From Sphingobium sp. (lineage in GTDB: Bacteria > Pseudomonadota > Alphaproteobacteria > Sphingomonadales > Sphingomonadaceae), in contig NZ_QFOA01000003.1 of NCBI RefSeq assembly GCF_003248505.1, positions 17,697 through 81,696 on the forward strand: a stretch of 64,000 nt of DNA, read 5' to 3'. Positions within the stretch are counted from its first letter, which is position 1; each line of letters begins with the position of its first letter. Of the stretch, positions 1 to 8,331 are shown one piece after another. The position numbers and the translations under genes were made by a program. The notes beneath the pieces were generated by a model. The model was not told the DNA's origin. It saw only the letters and a program-made list of their open reading frames with translations, and did not search any database.

Positions 1-2028
1 TGGGGCGATCAGGACATGAGCGGGTGGAAGGGGCAGTTCGGCAAGAGCCTGCTCGGCATCGCCCTTGTCGGCATCGCGCTTTCCCTGTTCCAGACCGAAC
101 CGCTCGTCGGCCTGCCCGCCGGGTGGGGCGGGGTCATAGGGCTCGTCACCGCCAAGGGCATCGCCAGCCTGACCGCGCAGGCCCCCGTCGCGGCGCCCTG
201 GATCAAGGGCGTGCTGATCGTCGTGGCGCTGATCGCGGGTTTATTCTGCTGGTATCGCAGCCTCGCGCTCGAAAAGCCGATCATCGCGCTGCGCCGCCCG
301 ACACTTCCCCGCCTCAGCCTGCCGAAACCGGCTCTGGCGCTGGCGGGACCGTCGCCGCGCGAAGAGTTTTTCGACGAGGACGACGAACCGGCGGAGCGAG
401 TCATCACGCCACGGCGACAGGTGTCGAACGAGCCCAAGCCGCCCATCACCATCCAGACGCCCAAGCCCGCGCCGACCCAGCGCGCGATGGCCCCGGTCAG
501 CCAAGACGATCTGTTCGGCAACAGCTCGCTGCCCTCGCCCGACCTTCTCAATCCCATCCCCGCCAACCAGGGCGGCAAGATCGACAAGGCTGCGTTGGAA
601 CGCAACGCCCGTCTGCTCGAATCGGTACTCGACGACTTCCATGTGAAGGGCAACATCACCGAAGTGCGCCCCGGCCCGGTCGTCACCATGTACGAACTGG
701 AACCCGCGCCCGGTATCAAGGCGAGCCGCGTGATCGCGCTGGCCGACGACATCGCTCGCAACATGTCCGCGCTCTCGGCGCGCGTCGCGACCATTCCGGG
801 CCGCACCGTCATCGGCATCGAACTGCCCAACGCCCATCGGGAGGGGGTGTCCTTTCGCGAGCTTATCACGTCGGAACAGTTCGGGCAGGAAGCGACCCTG
901 CCGATCATTCTGGGCAAGAATATCTCGGGCGAACCGATCATCGCCGATCTGGCGCCGATGCCGCACCTGCTGATCGCGGGCACCACCGGGTCGGGCAAGT
1001 CGGTGGGCCTCAACGCCATGATCCTGTCGTTGCTCTACCGCATGACGCCCGATCAGCTGCGGCTCATCATGATCGATCCCAAGATGCTGGAACTGTCGAC
1101 CTATGACGACATCCCGCATCTGCTCGCGCCCGTGGTGACGGAGCCGAGCAAGGCGATTCGCGCGCTCAAATGGGCGGTGGAGCAGATGGAGGATCGCTAT
1201 CGCATGATGGCGTCGATCTCGGTCCGCAACCTCGCCAACTATAATGAGAAGGTCCGCGCCGCCAAGGCGAAGGGCAAGCCGCTGGGTCGTCGCGTCCAGA
1301 CCGGCTACGACGCAGAAACCGGCAAGCCCATCTATGAGGAGGAGCAGCTCGACTTCCAGCCGCTGCCGCAGATCGTGGTGGTGGTGGACGAACTGGCCGA
1401 CCTCATGATGACGGCGGGCAAGGAAGTCGAATTCCTGATCCAGCGTCTGGCGCAGAAAGCGCGCGCTGCGGGCATCCATCTCATCCTCGCCACGCAACGG
1501 CCGTCGGTCGACGTCATCACCGGCGTCATCAAGGCGAACCTGCCGACCCGCATCAGCTTTTTCGTTACCAGCAAGATCGACAGCCGCACGATCCTGGGCG
1601 AACAGGGCGCGGAACAGCTGCTGGGCAAAGGCGACATGCTTTATATGCACGGTGGCAAGGGGCTGATGCGCGTCCATGGCCCCTTCGTGTCCGACGACGA
1701 GGTGCGCGTGGTCGCCGATCACTGGCGCGCGCAGGGGCAGCCCGACTATATCTCCGCCGTGACCGAGGAGCCGGAGGAAGGCAGCTTCGCGCTGGACGGC
1801 GTCGACCTAGGCGACGACAGCCCCGACGCCCAGCTGTTCCGCAAGGCCTGCCAGCTGGTGTTCGAAAATCAGAAGGCGTCGACCAGCTGGCTGCAACGCC
1901 AGTTGCGCGTCGGCTACAACAGCGCCGCCCGCCTCATCGAGCGCATGGAGGAAGAAGGGCTGGTCGGCCCGCCCAACCATGTGGGCCGCCGCGAAGTGCT
2001 GCGCGATGAAAACGGCAATCCGATCTGA
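1..2028 (+). CDS. ftsK: DNA translocase FtsK (5' end outside window)
   Basis: Frame is open from base 1 (first ATG at 16). N-terminal TM segments and a Pro-rich linker precede the motor domain, which has Walker A GTTGSGKS and Walker B VVVVDELADLMM. C-terminal gamma domain reads WLQRQLRVGYNSAARLIERMEEEGLV. Confidence 0.95.
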   Translation, partial: WGDQDMSGWKGQFGKSLLGIALVGIALSLFQTEPLVGLPAGWGGVIGLVTAKGIASLTAQAPVAAPWIKGVLIVVALIAGLFCWYRSLALEKPIIALRRPTLPRLSLPKPALALAGPSPREEFFDEDDEPAERVITPRRQVSNEPKPPITIQTPKPAPTQRAMAPVSQDDLFGNSSLPSPDLLNPIPANQGGKIDKAALERNARLLESVLDDFHVKGNITEVRPGPVVTMYELEPAPGIKASRVIALADDIARNMSALSARVATIPGRTVIGIELPNAHREGVSFRELITSEQFGQEATLPIILGKNISGEPIIADLAPMPHLLIAGTTGSGKSVGLNAMILSLLYRMTPDQLRLIMIDPKMLELSTYDDIPHLLAPVVTEPSKAIRALKWAVEQMEDRYRMMASISVRNLANYNEKVRAAKAKGKPLGRRVQTGYDAETGKPIYEEEQLDFQPLPQIVVVVDELADLMMTAGKEVEFLIQRLAQKARAAGIHLILATQRPSVDVITGVIKANLPTRISFFVTSKIDSRTILGEQGAEQLLGKGDMLYMHGGKGLMRVHGPFVSDDEVRVVADHWRAQGQPDYISAVTEEPEEGSFALDGVDLGDDSPDAQLFRKACQLVFENQKASTSWLQRQLRVGYNSAARLIERMEEEGLVGPPNHVGRREVLRDENGNPI

Positions 2029-2144
2029 TGGACCGACCGGCGATTGCATATTACGCAACCGCAACAACGTCGTTCGCACTTGCAGCATAACGCGCTGCCC
2101 CGCATAAGGAACGGGCCTTTCAGGCATCCTCTCCTAAAACTTTC

Positions 2145-2174
2145 GGGCCGGTCTTCGTGATCGGCCTTTTTTTT
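2145..2174 (+). terminator. rho-independent terminator (GGCCG-N11-CGGCC followed by T8)
   Basis: GGGCCGgtcttcgtgatCGGCC then TTTTTTTT at 2167-2174. It lies about 115 nt after the ftsK stop. Confidence 0.75.
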
Positions 2175-2291
2175 GGGTGCTTCACCGACGCTCGCGCCAA
2201 AAATGTTGCTACAACGGAACGACCGGGTTCACAGCGGGTTCAATCGCCACGACCTAGAACCCCGTTTCCCACCATCATGGAGTCGATCCCG

Positions 2292-2927
2292 ATGAAGCGC
2301 ATCATGGCGCCCTTCATGCTTGCCCTGTCCGTGCCGGCCATGACGCTGGCCGGTGCGGCCATAGCGCAGCAGCAGCCCCAGTCCGATTTGGCGAAGGTGC
2401 AATCCTATATCCGCGCCGTCACCACCATGACCGCCGATTTCAGCCAGACCGACCGCAACGGCCAAACGCTGACCGGTCAGTTGACGCTCAGGCAACCGGG
2501 CAAAATCCGTTTCCAGTATCAAAAGGGCGTGCCGCTGCTGATCGTGGGCGACGGCAAGGCGCTGACCGTGATCGACTATGACGTGCGTCAGGTTCAGCGC
2601 TGGCCTATCGGCAATTCGCCGCTGGGCGCGCTGATCGACCCGTCGAAGGACCTGTCGAAATTCGGCAAGGTGATCGCGACCGACGATCCGTCCATCCTCA
2701 GCGTGCAGGCGCGCGATCCGCGCCGTCCCGAATTCGGCACCATCACCATGATCTTCAAGCGTGACGCTTCCGGTCCGGCAGGGCTGACGCTCTATGGCTG
2801 GGTATCGCTCGATTCGCAGAACAATCGAACTGCCGTCCGCCTTTCCAACCAGCGCTATGGCGTGCCGGTCGCGGATTCGGCGTTCCGCTGGACCGATCCG
2901 CGTCCGCGCGGCCGATCCGGAGGATAA
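2292..2927 (+). CDS. lolA: outer-membrane lipoprotein carrier protein LolA
   Basis: ATG 2292 gives signal peptide MKRIMAPFMLALSVPAMTLAGAAIAQ. The mature part has a LolA-like pattern (DFSQTDRNGQTLTGQLTLRQPGKIRFQY). The conserved position after ftsK supports the call. The longer ORF from 2157 is rejected. Confidence 0.85.
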   Translation: MKRIMAPFMLALSVPAMTLAGAAIAQQQPQSDLAKVQSYIRAVTTMTADFSQTDRNGQTLTGQLTLRQPGKIRFQYQKGVPLLIVGDGKALTVIDYDVRQVQRWPIGNSPLGALIDPSKDLSKFGKVIATDDPSILSVQARDPRRPEFGTITMIFKRDASGPAGLTLYGWVSLDSQNNRTAVRLSNQRYGVPVADSAFRWTDPRPRGRSGG

Positions 2928-3204
2928 AAAGAGCCTTGGGGGAGACGAACGGAAAAAGCGCCCTTTTCGTTCATCCAGCGCTCATATGGATCGCGCTATC
3001 CAAACATCCACGGCGCGAGAGACCACCGGGATTTTCCCCCCTGTTACCCGGTTTCCCCTTCGCGTCGCAAAGCGCTTCAAGGGCGCGATCGAGACCCCCG
3101 TTCCATGCCCCCGGAGCGGGGGTCTTACTTTGTGCGTTCTCGCGCCGCCCGCCGGACCTTGCGACCGCTTGCGCAACGATGCGCGCGCTCCTAGGTGGCT
3201 TGGC

Positions 3205-4005
3205 ATGGCCGACACGCTCTCCATCTGCTCCTGGAACATCAACAGTGTCCGGGCGCGCATCGACATCGTCGAACAGCTGCTGCGGGACGAAGCGCCCGAT
3301 GTCCTGTGCCTTCAGGAAACGAAGGTCGTAAACGACATCTTCCCGACCGACATGTTCCGCCGCATGGGCTATGTCCATCAGGTGCTGAACGGCCAGCGGA
3401 TGCACCATGGCGTCGCAATCTTGAGCAAGGTGCCGATGTGGGAGGACGACCGGCTCGACTGGCAGGCCAATGGCGAAGCGCGCCATGTCGGCGTCCGGCT
3501 CGACAACGGCGTGCGGATCGAGAATGTCTATGTCCCCGCCGGAGGCGACGTGCCCGACCGCACGGTCAATCCCAAGTTCGGCCAGAAGCTCGATTTTCTC
3601 GAACGCATGATCGAATGGTCCGGCGCGCTCGACGACAAGCCGACGATCCTCACCGGCGATTTCAATATCGCTCCGCTCGAATGCGACGTGTGGAGCCACC
3701 GCCAGCTGCTCGACGTGGTCAGCCATACGCCCATCGAATGCGAAACGCTGGCCCGGCTTCAGGCGTCCAACGACTGGGTCGACATCGGTCGCCACTTCCA
3801 TCCCGCGCCCGCCCGGCTCTATACCTGGTGGAGCTATCGGGCGAAGGACTGGGCGGCATCCGACCGGGGGCGGCGGCTCGACCATATGTGGATGACGCGC
3901 GACGTGGCGGAAAAAGCGGTCAGTCACCGCGTCGTCGAATCCGCGCGCAGCTGGGTCAAGCCGTCCGACCATATTCCCATCATTACCGAGTTCGCCTTCC
4001 CATGA
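3205..4005 (+). CDS. xthA: exodeoxyribonuclease III (AP endonuclease, EEP family)
   Basis: [26 protein letters not shown] and C-terminal [10 protein letters not shown] are ExoIII signatures. The in-frame upstream extension (from 2794) has weaker third-position G+C and no ExoIII-like sequence. Confidence 0.9.
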   Translation: MADTLSICSWNINSVRARIDIVEQLLRDEAPDVLCLQETKVVNDIFPTDMFRRMGYVHQVLNGQRMHHGVAILSKVPMWEDDRLDWQANGEARHVGVRLDNGVRIENVYVPAGGDVPDRTVNPKFGQKLDFLERMIEWSGALDDKPTILTGDFNIAPLECDVWSHRQLLDVVSHTPIECETLARLQASNDWVDIGRHFHPAPARLYTWWSYRAKDWAASDRGRRLDHMWMTRDVAEKAVSHRVVESARSWVKPSDHIPIITEFAFP

Positions 4006-5063
4006 CCGGCCGGACCGCCGCCCGGGCCATCGACGCGCTGCGCCGTGGCTGGCCGATCCGCCTGCGGGCGGGCGACGGTGCCCTGCGGCTGATGGCGGTG
4101 GAGGGGGCGGACGCTGTGACGCTGGCGGATTTCGATCCTCTGGGCCGCGCCGACATCCTCATTTCCGCCGCGCGGGCCGAAACGCTGAAGCTTGCGAACC
4201 AGCTTGCCGCCGCCGATCCCGATTTGCCCGTGCTGCTGGAGCGCGCACCGTGGATCGACGCGGATGTGGCGACGGCCATTTCCGATCCGGTGCTCGATCT
4301 CGCGTCGCCGCTCAAGGGCCCGTTCCGTGCGCTCCCGCTTGTGGCGCCCCATGCCGCCGCGGCGGCCTTGCGGCTCGCCCGACTGGCGGGCATCCTCCCC
4401 GCTTTCTTCGTTGCCGCCACCGATGGCGGGGTCGAAGTAGATCTCGATACGCACGATATCGCGACCTATGACGATGCTGTCCATCTCGCTGTCGCGACTC
4501 GCGCGCGCCTGCCCGTGGCCACCAGCGAATCTGCGGAAATCGTTGCCTTCCGCAGCCCCGACGAACCGCGCGAACATGTCGCGCTGGTGATCGGGCAGCG
4601 CGACGGGACCCCGCCCGTCATCCGCATCCACAGCGAATGCCTGACAGGCGACGTTCTGGGCAGCCTCAAATGCGACTGCGGGCCGCAACTCCACGATGCG
4701 TTGAGCCAGATCGCCGACGCCCGCTGGGGCATCCTTCTCTACCTGCGGCAGGAGGGACGGGGCATCGGCCTCGTCAACAAGCTGCGCGCCTACGCGCTTC
4801 AGGATCAGGGGTTCGACACGGTCGACGCCAATGTCCGCCTGGGCTTCGCCATCGACGCGCGTGACTTTTCGGTGGCAGCGCGGATGCTCGACCTTCTGGG
4901 CGTACGCGCCGTGCGGCTGCTGACCAACAATCCCGACAAGGTCGCGGGGCTGGAGGCGGCGGGGATTGAGGTGGTCGAACGGCTGCCGATCATCCTGCCG
5001 ACCAATCCGCATAACGAACGCTATCTCGCCACCAAACGCGACCGCACCGGCCACCAGCTGTGA
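4002..5063 (+). CDS. ribA: GTP cyclohydrolase II with N-terminal extension
   Basis: C-terminal half carries [22 protein letters not shown] and [25 protein letters not shown] 4002 overlaps the xthA stop (ATGA). Confidence 0.9.
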   Translation: MTGRTAARAIDALRRGWPIRLRAGDGALRLMAVEGADAVTLADFDPLGRADILISAARAETLKLANQLAAADPDLPVLLERAPWIDADVATAISDPVLDLASPLKGPFRALPLVAPHAAAAALRLARLAGILPAFFVAATDGGVEVDLDTHDIATYDDAVHLAVATRARLPVATSESAEIVAFRSPDEPREHVALVIGQRDGTPPVIRIHSECLTGDVLGSLKCDCGPQLHDALSQIADARWGILLYLRQEGRGIGLVNKLRAYALQDQGFDTVDANVRLGFAIDARDFSVAARMLDLLGVRAVRLLTNNPDKVAGLEAAGIEVVERLPIILPTNPHNERYLATKRDRTGHQL

Positions 5064-5563
5064 ATGTCGTGCGGGTCGCATGCGCTTCGGGCCGCCTGAC
5101 CTTCGGCGACCTCGACATGCTTTGCACAGTCGGGCGCGGCGGTGCCTGCGCCGCCGACGCGAAGCGGGAGGGCGACGGTTGCACACCGGTCGGGCGCTGG
5201 CCCATTCGCGCCGTTTTGCTGCGCCCCGACACAGCCGCGCCGCGCGGCATTCGTCTGCCGTGGCGCTGGGTGCGGGCGGGGGACGGCTGGTCGGACGATC
5301 CGGCGGACCCCGCCTACAACCGTCCCGTGCGGCTGCCGCGCGGCTTTTCCGCGGAAACTCTGATCCGCGCCGACGATGCCTACGACGTGATCGTGATCCT
5401 CGGCCACAACGACGCACCGCCCCGGCCGGGTATGGGCAGCGCCATCTTCTTCCATCTGTCCGAAGGCCGCCCCACCGCCGGATGCGTCGCTGTGGACAGG
5501 GCCGACATGTTGCGGCTGTTGCCGCTGCTTCGTCCGGGCGACGTCATGGACATCGTCGCCTAG
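5060..5563 (+). CDS. YkuD-fold (L,D-transpeptidase catalytic domain) family protein, no visible signal peptide
   Basis: The His/Cys catalytic motif [16 protein letters not shown] is typical of YkuD domains. GTG 5060 overlaps the ribA TGA. Confidence 0.65.
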   Translation: MNVVRVACASGRLTFGDLDMLCTVGRGGACAADAKREGDGCTPVGRWPIRAVLLRPDTAAPRGIRLPWRWVRAGDGWSDDPADPAYNRPVRLPRGFSAETLIRADDAYDVIVILGHNDAPPRPGMGSAIFFHLSEGRPTAGCVAVDRADMLRLLPLLRPGDVMDIVA

Positions 5564-8322
5564 GCCATTTCCAGCGCCTGGCCGACGTCGCTCCCCGCGC
5601 CCTCCAGCAGGCGGCGCTCCAGCGTCTGCAACCGTGCCTTGCTCTCGATCTTTCCGCCCAGCAGGTCGGTGACGTAAAAGGTATCGACCGCGCGCTCGCC
5701 ATAGGTGGCGACATGGGCGCTGTGCACCGTGACCTTCGACTGGAACAGCGCATTGGCAAGGCTGAACAGCAGCGCGGGCCGGTCGCGGGCGTTGACCTCG
5801 ACCACGGTGAAGCGGTTCGACGCCTTGTTGTCGATCAGCACATTGGGTTCGATGCGGAACGCTTCGGCTCGCGTGCGGGGCAGGGGCCGCGCCGACAGCT
5901 TGGTGATGAGGCGGTGCCGGTTGGACAGCGAATCCTCGATCGCGTTGCGGATGCGGGTCAGCTGGTCAGGGCTGTGGAACGCGCCGCCCAGCGGGTCCTG
6001 CACCAGGAAATTGTCGATGGCGACCCCGTCGCGCGTGGTATGGATGCGCGCGTCGATGATGTTGCCGCCCGCCAGATGGATGGCGCCTGCGATGCGGTAG
6101 AACAGCCCCGGATGGTCGGCGGCATAGACGGTGACGAGTGTCGCCCCGCGCTGCGGATAATAATGCGCGGCGATCGACAGCGGCGCATCGCCCGCCGCCA
6201 GCATATGCTGGGCATTGTGGATCAGGATGTCGTCGGGTTCGGCGATCCAGTAGGATTCGGGCAGCCGCGCGCTGAACGCGGCGAACTCCGCCTCGTCCAT
6301 GCCCAGCGCCGCGCGCAGCCCATGCTGCTTGGCGACGACCCGCTCACCCCGGCCCTTCTGCTTGTGGCCAAGGCGCAGCACTTCTTCCGCCGCGTCGTAA
6401 AGATCGCCCAGCAGCTGCCGTTTCCAGCTGTTCCAGACGCCCGGGCCCACCGCGCGGATGTCCACCACGGTCAGGCACAGCAGCAGCCGCAGCCGCTCCG
6501 GGCTTTGCACCACGTCGACGAAATCGAGGATCGTCTTGTAGTCGGCCAGGTCGCGCTTGAACGCGGTCGCCGACATCAGCAGGTGATAGCGCACCAGCCA
6601 GGCGACCGTTTCGGTTTCGGCAGGGGTGAGGCCGAGGCGCGGACACAGATGTTCGGCGACCTCCGCGCCCAATACGCTATGATCGCCGCCGCGACCCTTG
6701 GCGATGTCGTGCAGCAGCACCGCGACATAGAGCACCCGGCGCGACAGGATCTTGCCCATCAGTTCCGTCGCGAGCGGATGGTCGGTGCCAAGTTCCCCTT
6801 TTTCGATTCGCGCCAGCAGCCCGACCGCGCGGATCGTATGCTCGTCGACCGTATAATGGTGATACATATCGAACTGCATCTGGGCGACGACGCGGCGGAA
6901 ATCGGGAACGAACCGTCCGAACACGGTCGATTCGTTCATCCAGCGCAGCACCGTTTCGGGATCGCGCGGTGAGGTCAGGACATCCATGAACGCCATGTTG
7001 GCGCGGGGATCGCGTCGCACCTTGGCGGTGATGAGGCTCGCGTCCCTGCTCGCCGCGCGGATCGCGCTGGGGTGAATCTGGAGCCCGTGGCGATCGGCCA
7101 CCGCGAAAATCTCCAGCATCCGCACCGGATCCTGCTGAAAGAAATCGTCGCTCGGCAACGCCAGCCGCCCCCGTTCCAGCACGAAGCCGTCGAGCTTCTT
7201 GGGCCGACGGAACATCGCGGGAATGTAGCGCCGCCCCCTGGGGCCCATCTGGTCGTCCAGGTGCGCCAGGAACACCGCCGTCAGGTCGCCCACCGTCTTG
7301 GCGTTCAGGAAATAATAGCGCATGAACCGCTCTACCCCCGACTGACCCGCCCGCGCGGTAAAGCGCATCCGGGTCGCGATCTCCAGCTGGAGGTCGAAGG
7401 TCAGCCGGTCTTCGGCGCGGCCCGTGATGGTGTGGAGGTGGCACCGCACCGCCCAGAGGAAATCCTCCGCTTTCTGGAACTGGCGAAGCTCGCTCTGCGT
7501 CAGCAGGCCGACACCGACCAGTTCCGCGACCGAACGGACCCGGTTCACATATTTGCCGATCCAGAACAGCGTGTGCAGGTCGCGCAACCCGCCCTTGCCT
7601 TCTTTCACATTGGGTTCGACGACATAGCGGCTGTCGCCCATGCGCCGGTGTCGATCGTCGCGCTCCTCCAGCTTTTCGGTGACGAAGGCGCGGGCATTGC
7701 CCTGCATCACTTCCGCGTCGAAGCGGGTGGAGGTTTCCTCGTAAAGCGCGCGATCGCCCCAGACATAGCGCGCCTCCAACAGGGCGGTGCGTACGGTAAG
7801 GTCGCTCTTGGCCATGCGCATCGTCTCGTCGACCGAGCGGCTGGAATGCCCGACCTTGAGGCCCAGGTCCCAGAGCGAATAGAGCATGGATTCGATGACC
7901 TGCTCGCTCCATCCGGTCGGCTTCCACGGTGTGATGAAGCCGATGTCGACATCGCTGTGCGGCGCCATTTCGCCGCGGCCATATCCGCCCACCGCAATGA
8001 GCGCGATCCGCTCGCCGGTGCTGCGGTCCCCGGAAGGATAAAGATGATGGGTGGTCGCGTCGTACAGCAGGCGCAGAATCTGATCGATGAGGAAGGCGAA
8101 GGCAGTCACCGTCTCGCGCCCGCGCGTGGGCCTGGCCTCCAGCCGCCGCGCGACCTCCGCCCGGCCTTCCTCCAGCGCGGCCTTGAGTTCCCGCACGATA
8201 AGCGCGCGCAATTGCAACGCATCGCCCCCCTGCTCCTGCGCGAGGGCGTTGATCCTGTCGGATATGGCCCGCCGGTCGATGATGGCGCGGCGCGCGCCGA
8301 GGGCGGGGAACTGCATGACCAT
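5560..8322 (-). CDS. glnD: bifunctional [protein-PII] uridylyltransferase / uridylyl-removing enzyme
   Basis: 920 aa. Nucleotidyltransferase motif GGYGRGEMAPHSDVDI, HD domain LLHDIAKGRGGDHS and two C-terminal ACT-like repeats. Confidence 0.95.
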   Translation of the reverse strand: MVMQFPALGARRAIIDRRAISDRINALAQEQGGDALQLRALIVRELKAALEEGRAEVARRLEARPTRGRETVTAFAFLIDQILRLLYDATTHHLYPSGDRSTGERIALIAVGGYGRGEMAPHSDVDIGFITPWKPTGWSEQVIESMLYSLWDLGLKVGHSSRSVDETMRMAKSDLTVRTALLEARYVWGDRALYEETSTRFDAEVMQGNARAFVTEKLEERDDRHRRMGDSRYVVEPNVKEGKGGLRDLHTLFWIGKYVNRVRSVAELVGVGLLTQSELRQFQKAEDFLWAVRCHLHTITGRAEDRLTFDLQLEIATRMRFTARAGQSGVERFMRYYFLNAKTVGDLTAVFLAHLDDQMGPRGRRYIPAMFRRPKKLDGFVLERGRLALPSDDFFQQDPVRMLEIFAVADRHGLQIHPSAIRAASRDASLITAKVRRDPRANMAFMDVLTSPRDPETVLRWMNESTVFGRFVPDFRRVVAQMQFDMYHHYTVDEHTIRAVGLLARIEKGELGTDHPLATELMGKILSRRVLYVAVLLHDIAKGRGGDHSVLGAEVAEHLCPRLGLTPAETETVAWLVRYHLLMSATAFKRDLADYKTILDFVDVVQSPERLRLLLCLTVVDIRAVGPGVWNSWKRQLLGDLYDAAEEVLRLGHKQKGRGERVVAKQHGLRAALGMDEAEFAAFSARLPESYWIAEPDDILIHNAQHMLAAGDAPLSIAAHYYPQRGATLVTVYAADHPGLFYRIAGAIHLAGGNIIDARIHTTRDGVAIDNFLVQDPLGGAFHSPDQLTRIRNAIEDSLSNRHRLITKLSARPLPRTRAEAFRIEPNVLIDNKASNRFTVVEVNARDRPALLFSLANALFQSKVTVHSAHVATYGERAVDTFYVTDLLGGKIESKARLQTLERRLLEGAGSDVGQALEMA

Positions 8323-8331
8323 GGACGCTAT

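Noticed and set aside
2794-3204. N-terminally extended versions of several genes suggested by the ORF track. These are xthA from 2794, ribA from 3195, lolA from 2157, mutS to 11130, maeB from 10979, clpB from 30842, pspF to 50691, prs to 60487 and the FUSC gene to 27330.
   Set aside because: The extensions overlap neighbouring genes or intergenic hairpins and lack family-like sequence. Internal starts with ribosome-binding sites reproduce canonical N-termini.
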